The notes: generated from the letters alone by a model not told the origin. 64,000 bases of DNA from Chrysomallon squamiferum (GCA_012295275.1 CM022672.1:29140001-29204000); one strand, 5' to 3'. Shown: positions 27,778 to 56,564, counted from the stretch's first letter. Translations and numbers: made by a program.

Positions 27778-30700
27778 AAATATATTTTTATGTACAGTAA
27801 TGTCAAGACAGATCAAACTGTTACTCCATTGGTCTTTTTAATCATCAGCAAAAAGAACATATATCTGAACCTTCCCAGTAACAGTAGAACACAAACGACA
27901 GTAGTTGACAAATTTACCATATACTGGAAAGGCAAATAGTGAATTTTTTTCTTGCCTATTTTCATTTTACAATAACAAATGTAATATTAAAAATCTGGTG
28001 AAGGTAATTAAATATGAACTCATTTTTGTTTTATTTTAATTATAAGTCACAATGACCTATGCTTACAAAGAAATGTGAACAATAACTTTACTGAAACTAT
28101 AAAGTAGCAAAGATTTTCAATATACAATGGTTTTAATTATGTAAATGGTGCAATATTATTTTTAAATAATTGAGAAAATGATGTTTCAAACGTTGGAACC
28201 TACAAGCGATAGAGTTTTCTGAACTTTAAGAAACTGAGAATTGACAAACAGGAGAAGAAGATTAACATTCCTTCCATCAGCATGAAACGTGACTGAACCA
28301 ACAATGCATTGTCTGAAAAATAAAAATAAAATAATAATTATTAACCAAATTTCTAATATTTTGGCTTAAATATAAAATAATCTTTAACTGGTACAAGTAC
28401 AAGCTGAATCTGAATTATCTTCACTAAAAGTAGAGACAAATTCATTATTTTTGTTTCTATTATTTAGTAGTGCAAACAAGTTAAAAATATATTGCATTAT
28501 TTTATTTGAAAGATTTGAAAGAAAATATTTATAAAATTATCCTTTCTACAGTACGTAACAAAAGAAAAATTATAATAAATTAAAAAAGAAAAAAACACCT
28601 ACACTATAGTAAAATATCCAGTTAGACACATTCATATGATATATGAAAAAGTTATTATCATTTGATATAGGCAATATATTTGCATAAAACATAGTAACTG
28701 AAACAAAAATTTCAACTTAGCATGCCAAAAATTAGCCTGGGAATATTGTTTGGTTCGTTTTTGATATTAGAACAGGCTTTAACTTTAAACTTAAAAACAA
28801 TTACTATTTTAATTAAATACTGACACTATGACTTACAAAGAAAAAACCATCATATTATTTAGCTGCTTCAATAAAATTAAAACACTTCTTATAACATAAA
28901 ACTTCATTAAACTTTTTATATCAAAGATATTCACCCTGTAAAATAAAGATATTCACCCAGTAAAATAAAGTTATTCACTCAGTAAAATAATATTCACCTA
29001 GTAAAATAAAGATATTCACTGAGTAAAATAAATATATTCACTTAGTAAAATAAAGATATTCACCCAGTAAAATAAAGATATTCAATGAGTAAAATAAAGA
29101 TATTCAGTGAGCAAAATAAATATATTCACTTAGTAAAATAAAGATAATCACCCAGTAAAATAAAGGCCCCTGCAATGGCTGCTGCCCACCGAGAGAGCTG
29201 AAGTTCAACTGCTATTTCGTATATCAGAGGAGTTATCAGACTTCCCAACACTGCGGGTATCAGTCTCATGTGCGAGACAGGTACACTCGGCGGGTACTCT
29301 GTAAAACAAAACAAAACTGAAATTGAAAAAAAACAACAACACTGAAATATTAATGAAAAATAACCAGAAATGTTTTGCTTAATGCTGCTTTCAAAAACCT
29401 TTCAGTATAATTATAAATACATGGTAAATATAGATAGCAGACTATTTATCTGGCAAGCTTGGAACTGGAGATGACAAGAATTTTTGCATTTTCTGTGATT
29501 GTTTAAGGTTTAAAGATATTTAAGTACAAAAATACCCCCCAAAAACCTGTATTTAACAGATACAAATGAATACACTTCTAAAGCCAGAGTTTTTGGTAAT
29601 TCCAGCAAGATAAACTGTACATCACCTACGTAAGTAAGGACCACTGAACCACTGACACAAGTACCAGATGTGTTAATATTACAGATGAAATAATTTATTT
29701 ACAGGTTTTACAAATAAAATTAAATAAAAAAACATTATGTAACATTTTTAGATTATCAAGATCTTAACTTGTAAATTTAAATACACACAACTGACTATCT
29801 GAAATCTACCATTTCAGTTTGTGTCCTAATAGTAACAAACCTAATATTAATATCCTCTTTCAGCTTTCTGTATATATAAACAAGTCTAAGGTGAATATTT
29901 AGAACACAATAATTTGCTATAGCTTGTTAATATTAAAAAGAGTTTTAATCATTCTGTGATTATTAAACTGAGCTAATAACAATTTAAAATACAAAACAAA
30001 CCTGCACCAATTCTGTTAAAACTGGCATTTCCATCATAGCCACCAAACTCTCCTACAGTAAATAAATAAAAACATTGATAAAAATAAATAAATAAATAAA
30101 TATAAATATTGATAAATAAATAATAATTAAAAAAAATAGTGATAAAAATAAATAAAAACAATACAAAAATAAATTAATGAATGGATGAATGTTTAATGCT
30201 ATTGGCTGTAATGAAACATGGTGCGTTACAAAACTTTTTCACATTCCAACCAATGTCCTGTTATTTACATAATATTTTTATTTTATGCCATCACAGAAAC
30301 GTTATCTTGTTTTTTGATAGGTATTTTTTAGAAATATCAAGTGATGACAATCAGTAACAGATTATAGAAAATTAATAAGTATAATCTTCTGGTGTTATTA
30401 AACAAAAAACAAGATGTGACATTAATTTATCTACATCATCAGACACATAGTAAATATTTACTGTATCAAATTAGTACATACTTCTGAATTTAAAAATAAG
30501 TATCAAAATAATAATGTGCTTACAACAGAATATGCAAAGTATCAGTTCTGTACAATACATACTGTAATAAATAGTAATATACTTACAATAGAATATTTCA
30601 GTTTTGTACAATACATTGTTTAAATTACTCACCTGCTGCAGCCAATAGCATCTTGCCAAGTGGGGGATGAACATCAAAGAAAAATATATTTCTCAGGTAG

Positions 30701-31482
30701 AGTGATGCAAACTTTGCAAAATGCAACTCATCAAATCTGAAAGTAGCAAACAAAATTTTAGAAAACCACTAAACAATTATTATTATTTTTTTTTTTTATA
30801 ATACCCATCACATCCAAAAATATTTTATTTCTCTTTTTGTTTGAGCTATAAAAATGTTTGTCTAACTGAACTTAACTATATCTGCAAAATAATGATGCCT
30901 TTAATGGTTTGAAAATGAAAAGCACCTAAAACAATAGAAAAACAAATGTGTTTTGGATTGTCTCTGAAAAACATTTGAGTTTTCTGATGCAAACAAGACT
31001 GCAATAATTAAAACCTAAGCAGTTTACAGAGAAAGAATTGGAAAAAAGAAAAGATAAAAAGAAATAATGAATAATAGAAAGAAAGATAAGAAAAAGAAAA
31101 TTACTGCAGTGACAAAAAGATTAACTATGATTATGAAAAGTGTAGAAAATACTAACACAACTGCATGCGGAAAACCAAGCTGCCATGTTCTGGTTGCCAG
31201 GGTAACAAAGGTCAAAAACAGCTGCATGAGGTCAAACTCTGCTTTCACAGTGAAAGGTTTTTTCTTCATTTTATTTGCTGAATGGTTTCCCACTGTTTCT
31301 CTGTGGTGTCCAACAACTGGGGCACCATCTCCCTGTACATTCACAAAACATAATAAATGCTAAATCATGGCAAATGTCTTAGAATTATTACATATTATGT
31401 AACAATCTGTGTAGTGTGAAAAAATTGGGATACCATTCACTGTGCAACATTTTATGCAATGTATATATATATAAATATATAA

Positions 31483-31514
<32 letters not shown>

Positions 31515-31972
31515 ATAGACAGATAGATAGATTATATAGATATATATGTTATATACACAGATTTTATTGGATCATAATCCACATAACCACCAACTCATGT
31601 CAGCAGTTCAAAAAAAAATAATAATAAAAAATAAGCATTAGATAGATAAGATAAATTAATTATAAATAAAAACAAGAGGAAAAAAATAAATTTATAGAAA
31701 AAGAAATAATAATTAATTTAAAAAGAAATAATCATGAAGTATTAGCTAACTAACTGACTAAATAAATAAATAAATAAATAAATAAAGTCAGGTTTATGAC
31801 CTTAGAGACAATTTGATTGATTAGTGGGCGATAGAGGGTGTTTATTTTTAAGACACTTTAACTTGAGTTTCTCTAAGTTAACACTTGAAATTACCTGATC
31901 CCTGCGACCTAACACTCCATCCAAGAACCCATCTCCATCCACATCAACTGCACCTCTATATAACACTTCCAT
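20371..31972 (-). CDS. POMT1: Protein O-mannosyltransferase 1 (PMT4 subfamily), about 774 aa
   Basis: 18 coding exons with consistent phases: 31895-31972, 31157-31332, 30633-30736, 30002-30052, 29152-29298, 28204-28312, 27583-27651, 27010-27103, 26340-26495, 25510-25742, 24996-25088, 24660-24756, 24139-24231, 23107-23221, 22196-22413, 21694-21820, 20879-21056, 20371-20557. Motifs include the catalytic loop [40 protein letters not shown] domains ([24 protein letters not shown]; HDVAAP..QEVSCY; [11 protein letters not shown]), [10 protein letters not shown] and C-terminal [10 protein letters not shown]. The [17 protein letters not shown] motifs favour POMT1 over POMT2. The first coding exon (ATG in GCCATGG, in-frame stop upstream) is the least certain. 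Confidence 0.95.
22988..23084. repeat. 27-28-bp tandem repeat (4 copies) just inside the donor of POMT1 exon 23107-23221
   Basis: ATCCATAAAAATCAACAACTAAT-like units at 22988, 23015, 23043, 23070. Confidence 0.8.
23640..24166. repeat. Degenerate 60-70-bp array derived from a POMT1 exon end plus donor
   Basis: 24063-24095 matches the exon/donor junction 24134-24166 at 27/33. More diverged copies at about 23936, 23836, 23772, 23706, 23645. Confidence 0.7.
27101..27280. repeat. About 30-bp array duplicating a POMT1 acceptor site
   Basis: ATACTG(G/A)AATAAAT-like units at 27101 (the real acceptor), 27129, 27174, 27204, 27234, 27268. Confidence 0.85.
28921..29165. repeat. 22-bp minisatellite (11 copies) duplicating a POMT1 donor site
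   Basis: Unit AAGATATTCACCCAGTAAAATA; the last copy is the true exon end and donor at 29152/29151. Confidence 0.92.
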
Positions 31973-32002
31973 GGCAACAGATCTACCTTTCCATAGTCAT
32001 CA

Positions 32003-32107
32003 ACATCTGCAGAATACAAGTTAATTTAAATAATTAATACATTGCATTAGGAACAATTAATTTAAATAATTAATACATTGAGTCAGATACAATTAATTTA
32101 AATAATA
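32003..32107. repeat. 36-bp tandem repeat (3 copies) overlapping the acceptor at 32006
   Basis: TTAATTTAAATAAT core at 32021, 32057, 32093. Confidence 0.85.
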
Positions 32108-33956
32108 AAACACAATCTGTGTCTTTTCCTGTCTTGCTAACAACACTGGGTTATTCTTAAGATGTCTAGCTGAGATTAATTACAGGTGTATAAAGGCTGT
32201 ACAGGTATATCAAGCTTGTCCAACTACTTCTACTTGTTTTAGCCAACATGAAAGATTGTAGAACATATCAAACAAAGAAAACCATTTATACTTGTTTGTA
32301 GATGTATATAACTGGTTTTTATTATAAATAAAATGTTAGAGAACATGAAAATTATAATAAATATGTACAACTGCAGAGCAGTAATTAATAAAAATAACTG
32401 TTTTATTACTATTATAAACAAACATTAAAATGGTTATGATTATTACATTTTATTTATTTAGTTATTTTATTTTATTTGGTTTTTTATTATTATTATTTTT
32501 TATTTGTATTTTTTATTATTATTTTACACACACAGAGAAAGAATGAAAGAGAAAGAAACAATAGCAGATAGTATAAAATCAGAAAAACCAGCAATGTTAC
32601 TGGCTATTTATAAAATGACAGCACAAGCTCTTTTTTCATTTTTTCTTAATACAGAATTTGTGTTAGCAGAAGCGAACTGATAATTAGTGTCATTCAGAGC
32701 ATTAAATGGAATGGGAAATAAGTCAAACTCTACTTTGATGAGGAATGACCCAATAGACCATTGCTACAACCTGATCCCATATTTATTAGTTGTATCATTA
32801 TTGGGAATTTATTTTCATTGCTGTTGTTGTTTTTGTTGTTACTATTAGTACAGGCTTTTGTCATTAGCAAGTTCAAATGACTGTCATAGTATTAGAGAAA
32901 TAATAAAAAAACAATTTCAAAATTTCTGCAATAAACATAATCCTCTAATCAACCCGAACTAATCCTAATTCCATCCCAATTCTTCATGTAAACCAGCTTT
33001 AAGGCAATGACCTGTTAGTGCATGCTCAAAAATTAAAGAAGTATTTTAAAACTTATTGATGTGTATTGCTATTAATAAATACTTTAAAATATTGTGTTTA
33101 TATTTCCAAAAGTTCTGATGCAAATAATATTTGTGAGTTCAAGAAAAATAAATAATAATAAACAAACAAAATTCAAGAAATGTGAAATAACTGAGTTAAT
33201 GTCTGGATATACAATCATTTAGTCAAAGTACTGTTATACTTTTTACAGAAAAAAAATGTTTGATATAAAAACATTAAAATGTGTCAAGCAACAATAAATA
33301 TTTGTTCAGTTTGTTTTGCTAGAACAGTTCACTCTGTGTTACAAAGTTATCGGGGAAAATACAGCTGGGATTTGCTGGTATTTAACTGGCTATAATTATA
33401 TCAGTTTTCAACAAATATGTATTTATTTATTCATTTATTATCATTATATATTTATTATTATTTTATTATCTTTTTTATTACTTTAATTTTGTTTTATTAA
33501 TTTCATTTCTGTTCATTCATTCATTCGTATTTTTGGTCATTGTTTCAATGTTTGATAGAATTTCTTTAAATATTTATTCAATATTATTTTATTGAATCTG
33601 GTTACATTTATTTATCAATCTGTGACAATTACATACATGTATAATCTAAACTTTTACTATACATTTATATTATACACGCATGTAACGGTATGTTATAGAC
33701 AATACTACTTTATTACTAGTATAACTGGTCTGGTAGCCCAATTCACTGGTGACCTAATCAATGAATCATGGATAACATGTTACAGGTGACAACTTAATAA
33801 GCTTTTCTCACATTTGTGAAGTCATATTTTCGTAAAACACTGACGTTATTTATGCGTTCAAATTAGTAAACGATAGTCTTGGGTCACAGTGCATTAACTT
33901 ACAAGTTATAGCAGTATTTACGGATTATACAAGTAATACTAATAGTAATAGCTTAC

Positions 33957-34140
33957 CTAAATCCGGGTCAAGAACGAATTTCAGGTCACTGTCAGTCTCT
34001 TAACTTCTGTGTTTTAACGTTTTGTTGTCAAAATTTCTATTAATTTATCTTCCACTTGATTCTATTCTGATGTATTATTCATAATTGAATTATTAATTAA
34101 ATTTCAAATGAGATACGTCCATTTCGTAATTCGTCTTTCA
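33957..34140 (-). other. Probable non-coding first exon / promoter-proximal region of POMT1
   Basis: Strong donor TTTAG|gtaagc at 33957/33956, at the point where CpGs become frequent. The downstream exon has an acceptor at 32006. The 5' end is not defined. Confidence 0.4.
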
Positions 34141-34503
34141 CGCTATCCTGATATACATTAATAAATAAAAACAATAAATATGAAAATGCTGGAATAATAT
34201 ATAAAATACTGGTTCTGTCTGTGTATTTATTTTTATAGTCGAGAAACACTAAACTAACAAACTAAATAAAATGGAACTCAGAACTGGCTTTGATGTTGAT
34301 ACGTATAAGGGAGATAATTAATGTTTGGGTTCGTTTTCTCGTAATTTCCTCCATTTCCACTTTCGTTTGTTAGGCCATTATCAAAACTATTAACACGTCT
34401 AGCAACTTGACTATTAATAGAACGTCTCTTTGTTGATAAAAATAAATAAATAAATAAATGGGAACAACTGGTGCAACATGGATAATATTGCTAAACAAGT
34501 TCC

Positions 34504-34578
<75 letters not shown>

Positions 34579-35914
34579 TATACACTAACTGTATCTAAAC
34601 GATAATTCATAATTAATTGTGCATTTGTTTAAAACGTTCTTTAAAACAGAAATATTAACTGACAGTTTTTGTTCAACCAGAGCTTCAGAAAAGAAAATGA
34701 AACAAGCATAGAAAAATATTTATGTCTGGGGGAATGTATTTGTAAAGATTTCTTTCAGTGCTCATGATATGAAAAAATGTCGTTGATAATTTATTTCAGT
34801 TACTAAAAATTATGAAATAAAATCTAGCGGAGAAAATTAATCACTGAGTTCTAAATGTATCATTATCGGAAACATATTTTTTATTAAATTCTTACAATTT
34901 AAACTATCTGATAGCTAATTAATAATTGAACATTTTCCAACAAATTTAAGGTTGAGCTTAAATGGAAGTTTTCATGGGTGGCATTAGAAAGGATATAAAT
35001 AAGAACATATATAGACAGATAGATAGATATTGTGAACTGCTCATAACTAAAATGTAAACAGAAAATGTTTGCTTTAATTTCTTTTATAAAGAAGGCATAA
35101 TTCTTTATCGTTATTTCTTTTGCGTTTGACAGGCATAGTATGTCTGGTTTTTAAATGACATTGAATAACGTCTGTGAATTTCATCTTTTATCATTCAGCC
35201 TTGTGCCTATAGCGAAGATTTATATTCAGAGAGAGAGAGAGAGAGAGAGAGAAATACAGGCATAAACATACAAGCAAGCGAGAAAGACAAATGTAAGAAT
35301 GTTTCATCTTATCTTTTTTCTTTCTTTTTTCTTTTACTTTTCTTTTATTATTATTATTATTATTATTATTTGTTGTTGTTATCTCAAGTTATAGTAGAAA
35401 TGGTATATGACTGTATGTGTAATTATTACAGCCACTCGTCAATTAAAATGTCATAAGGTGTGGACTCTAATTAAATGTGCCATGTATGTATACTCTTCAG
35501 TGCGAGACTGGAATAACTGGTTATAAACATTTTAAGGCGATGAATAATCTCTTCAGAATAAATAAATAAATATGAAAAGAAATGAAGAACAAATATAGCA
35601 AAATAGGATAAACTTTGTTAAATTAATTCTAGGTCTTAATATTTTGCTTTTTTAAATTTGTTTTGTTTTTCTTATTTATTTGTTTATTTACACAAAGATA
35701 GGCATGTACGCGCGCGCACACATGCATATGGGTATATATATACATCTGTAAATACACAAACATTATAATTATATTGAAATTATTTCAGGAACAGTAAAGA
35801 TAATCATTTTATTTTACAACAATACATCACTATCATTTTGTCAGTTCCCTTTTTCGTGTCCGCCTTATTCTTACCCACCTTGTACCTTATTACGGGACTA
35901 GTACTGATCTTATT

Positions 35915-36320
35915 TGACGTCATTATTTGAAAATCTATTAGAAAAAAAATAAAATAATAAAAATAAATAAATAAATAAATAAATAAAAGGAAAAAATAAA
36001 AATAAAATAAAATAAAATAATATAAAATAAATAAGTGGACTGATGATCCAGCGAATAGTCCACGACCATCATTAATTTCCTATAGCTAAAGAGTTAAAAA
36101 CTCGTTGTTTCCAGCTTGGTAACTTAACAGCAACTGATTTGAATTGAAATGAAAAAAATTAACGTGCTAATCAGAGCTAGCTGCTGTGAAGCACGTCTAC
36201 GACGGGCACGCTTTCTAACAGGTCAGCGGGTGTGTCCGTCGCAGAAAATGATTTGAATTTTTGAATCATCGCTTTTATATACCCTACAAAATAACGTCTA
36301 ACGGTCTTTATATGACGTCA
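35915..36320. promoter_or_regulatory. Two full CRE palindromes (TGACGTCA) in the divergent POMT1 / plus-strand-gene intergenic region
   Basis: TGACGTCA at 35915-35922 and 36313-36320. Motif match only; function not shown. Confidence 0.25.
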
Positions 36321-36963
36321 TTGTGGAGTGATTATTTTTGAAAATGTGTGCTTTCAATTGCCCCTTCTTTCCGCAAAAATAACACATACAAAAATAAAGT
36401 AAAATAAAATAAAACAAATAAATAAATAGATAAATAAATAATAATAATAAATAAATACAAAAATAAAAATCACTGAAAGTAACAATGTATAAATAACACA
36501 ATTTATAAAGAAATAAAAAAAGAAAAAGAAAAAGAAAAGAAACCAAACTTATTAAAAAAGGAATCGCGTAAATATAAAAATGTTTATACCCGTAATTTTT
36601 CAAAGAAAGAATTTTTCAACAAAATGATTACAGTTTTACAATAAAGCAAACAGGTTTTGATAGCAGACAGAATACATTTACTATGAACACAGTTACGCTT
36701 TAATGGCAGTATGCACTGCTTTGGAGAAAAAAAAAATAGTTTTGGGTGAATCTAGCTCAAATTACAATTTACAAGTGTAGCAGAGTGCACTTTCATAATC
36801 TCTGTCTGATTTTACCTTTGCTACAGTGCATTTATTTATTTATTTATTTTAGGTAAAAAGGTGTGTACACGTAAAATAAAGAAATACATACTTACATGGA
36901 AATAAAAAAATATGTATCCATACTGACCACACACACATGTCTAAGTTGTTTGTATATATTTTA

Positions 36964-37025
<62 letters not shown>

Positions 37026-37656
37026 CGTATACATTCTTTGGCTGCAATGGTATATAATGTAATGTATGACATGAATGATATGTGTTGACAGTATGGTTAT
37101 AAAAAAAACAACAATAAATACACACGTACGTACACACACACATACACTCACAAAAAACACAAACTAATATACACACATACACACATACTCGCAAAAACAC
37201 ACAAACTAATATGCACACATATATACATTTTCATACACACATCCATACGTTTTGCTTGTTTGCTTCATAAGTATGTTTGGTTTGTTAGCGAGCTTGTTAT
37301 TAAGTTAGTTGGTTAGTTTGTCGGTTAATTACTCATTAGTTAGCCCCCACACATACACACATTGTTACATTTTCTAACGTATCTGTTGATCTATGTTTCT
37401 TCTACCATGGCGTGACTATAATATTACAGTCTGAAGAATAGAACATCTCGACCAGAACCGACACAAGGCTCGGAACAGATCGGTAATAATCGTAACCTGT
37501 GTTTTAAAACGTATTATTTAATATGCGCCTTAACGCTTCGAACAGTCAGTGTGCTCTGTACCCGCACGTTTCATAAAGAACACCTGATCGCAATCACCAG
37601 ATCACTGGTAACAGTAATTACCTGTTCAGAAGCAACATAAGGAATACGTAATATTG

Positions 37657-37706
<50 letters not shown>

Positions 37707-38266
37707 TATCATCATCATTATTATTATTTTATTTTTTCTTCTTTTTTAAAAAAAGAAAAGAAAAAAAAGTAAATTTTTGTTTTATTATATTATTATTATT
37801 ATTATTTTGGGCTCCCACTGGTGGAAGAGAGAAAGAAAGAGACGGGGACAAGCCAGTGCGAAAAGTAACACTAATTTCTTCCAGATTAATATGAATTACT
37901 TTTTGTATGAATGAATGGAGTTTAAAAAGCAGATTAACAAGCACTTGTGTCCCTGCTAAACCGAAACCGAAATTTAAGACGTACATTGTGTTGAGCTTAT
38001 AGCGAATCTTGAAAAGGAGCCGAGGATCAGGCTTAGCAGGGTTTGCCAGATCTCGCCAATCCATCTGCAAGATTGCAGTCATTGGAGACGACGGTTGCCG
38101 TGGCTTCAACAGTTCCACAGAGACATTCACGACGTCGTGTTATGTTTGGTTCTACAGCTAGATTTGGAAAGGATGGTATTTATTTTACCAAAATGACACC
38201 TAGCTTTTAACACAACACCTTTGTACCTTTTAACAAAACAGTTTAATTTAGCAATAAACTTCAACG

Positions 38267-47295
<9,029 letters not shown>

Positions 47296-47434
47296 AGGTC
47301 GATGATCGCAGTTGAAGAATTAATACACACTGAACTGTTTTCAAAAAGGAATTCTGATAAATAATTATTTATTATTAATATAATGTGTTTAATAATTTTT
47401 TCTTTGCGGATGTGTGCCTAATTGTACATTCCTC

Positions 47435-47466
<32 letters not shown>

Positions 47467-47875
47467 GGATATTTGTAAATATTTGTTAATGTACAGAATG
47501 ACGATGAAAAATAAAAGCTGTGATTACGTAACAGTATTATTAAACCAATAAATCCGTCAGAAGAGTCCATGACGTCATACATCAATGGCGTAGACTAGTT
47601 CGTGCACTGAAAGGGACTTCGGCGATAAAACTTGTGTCTTGTCACGCATGAAGATTTATTATACACGTGGCTTGGACGTATTTCATTTTATTATCTTTTA
47701 AACATTATTTCTCTTCAGTTCAGCGAGGGAGCTGCCCCTTCGAGAACATCGGTGGGGGGAGAGGATTTAGAAATGAACACAAAACAAAGGAAAAGAAATT
47801 AAAAAAGGCTGCGAAAGTGCAAGAAAATGTTTGAAACAATTGTTTTATATGCGGATAGAAGCTTTATAAAGAAAG

Positions 47876-48177
47876 AAATAAACACTTTTTTTAAAGAAAT
47901 AATCATATAGACTTGATTTTTATACGTTTATTTGTTTCATTTATGTATTTATTATTAATTAATTTATTATTTGTCTACTTAACTGTTGTTTGGATGCTAT
48001 TTATGAATTTTTAAAATTTTATTACGAAATAAATAAACATTTTTTAAAAGAAATAATCATATAGATTTTGTTTTTATACGTTTATTTGTTTCACTTATGT
48101 ATTTATTACTAATTAATTTATTATTTGTCTACTTAACTGTTGTTTGTATGCTATTTATGAATTTTTATAATTTTATT
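47876..48177. repeat. About 155-bp direct tandem duplication
   Basis: AAGAAATAATCATATAGA..TTTGTCTACTTAACTGTTGTTTG..TTTATGAATTTTT present twice (about 47876-48023 and 48031-48177). Confidence 0.9.
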
Positions 48178-48399
48178 AATATTTTGTTGTTTTTTTATCT
48201 TAAAGTTTAACCTTGGTGTTGATAATATACAGTTTAAATATATTTTGATTTTACTTCTGATTTATCGTTTCATTTCTTTCTTGTTAAAATGCGTCTGTTT
48301 GTGGCTTGAATGCTAATGTCTATGTTCTTCTGTATAATAATAAAATAAATTTTCTATCAATTTTGGTGGTAGTTCTTCAAAGAGAGGTAGACTGTAGTG

Positions 48400-48730
48400 T
48401 GATAGGATTGGTATTGTAAAGTTAGTACATGTGATAGTACTACCTGTGATAGTAATATTAGTATTAGTAATAATAGTAGTAGAGCTCGTACCTATAACAG
48501 TAGTGATAATAATGTAAATAGTAATAATAGAAGTAGTAGAATTAGTATTTGTGGCAGAAGTTGTGATAGTAATATTAGTAGTAATAATGATAATAGCAGT
48601 AGTGATACTAGTTATAGTAATATTAGTACTGGTAATGGTAATAGTATCATCATCATCAGCAGCAGCAGCAGTAGTAGTAGTAGCAGTAGTAGTAGTAGTA
48701 ATAGTAGTAGTGGTAATCATAAATAATAAT
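48400..48730. repeat. Degenerate (TAG/TAA/CAG)n trinucleotide tract
   Basis: Visible directly. Similar tracts at about 50570-51130, 52800-53055, 53480-53635. Confidence 0.85.
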
Positions 48731-49192
48731 AAAAATAATAAAATAAAATAAAATACACAATACTGTATATATTAAACAGGCACACCTTTAATTTGCGTTC
48801 AGCTATAGGCATTATCATGTACAGGCTACATGCTATGTGCGTATTCATTATTATTATTATTATTATTGCTACAGACTGTAGAGATAATACTGTCAGTGTA
48901 AAACATAAAACTGAATAGTTCTGAGATCACAGTATAATTTTAATGTAAAGACATTATTCGTCGTTTCCTCTGTTTTACATTTAAATACTGATTTAGTGAG
49001 GTCACGCGCATCTACTATTCAGATAATATTCACATCAGCATTTAATTCTTTCTACACTTCTATGTACGCTATGTACATAATTTATCTATGTATGAATACT
49101 GAAAATAAATTTATACAGTTCATTTCATTTACAGAAACTTTATATCTACAAAATTATATATTTATATATCAAAAATAAATGATACTTTAGTC

Positions 49193-49237
<45 letters not shown>

Positions 49238-49565
49238 TTAGTCAACACAAATGTGCACCAGTCTTTTGAAACTTGTTTTCTGCGATAAAACAAACGTCAG
49301 AAATAAAAAATGTAAGATTCCATTTAAAGGGAGATAACTGGATTATAATAATTTCTGATTCCTGTAGAATTCACCAGAAACTAGTAACCTCCCTTGGCCA
49401 TCAGACGATACAGGAAAGATAAACTAATAAATTATAGTAAATGGATAATTCGGACGGTTCAGCGATATAATATCATTTAATCCAGACTAATTTTTTCAGG
49501 TTATATCTTTGCGCAAATTCGATTTTCAAATTCTGAATTACTGATATTTCGTTTTATAAGTTTTT

Positions 49566-56564
<6,999 letters not shown>

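Noticed and set aside
30197-30651. 13-bp inverted match between a POMT1 exon end (ATGCTATTGGCTG) and the following intron
   Set aside because: A single short match; not clearly above chance given the amount of sequence compared.
20371-31972. Assignment as POMT2
   Set aside because: [10 protein letters not shown] is POMT2-like, but [23 protein letters not shown] and WKDSWD match POMT1/PMT4.
37729-38130. 133-aa minus-strand ORF
   Set aside because: Starts at a non-ATG codon, ends in low-complexity sequence, and overlaps the CpG-rich promoter/5' UTR of the plus-strand gene; no splice partners found.
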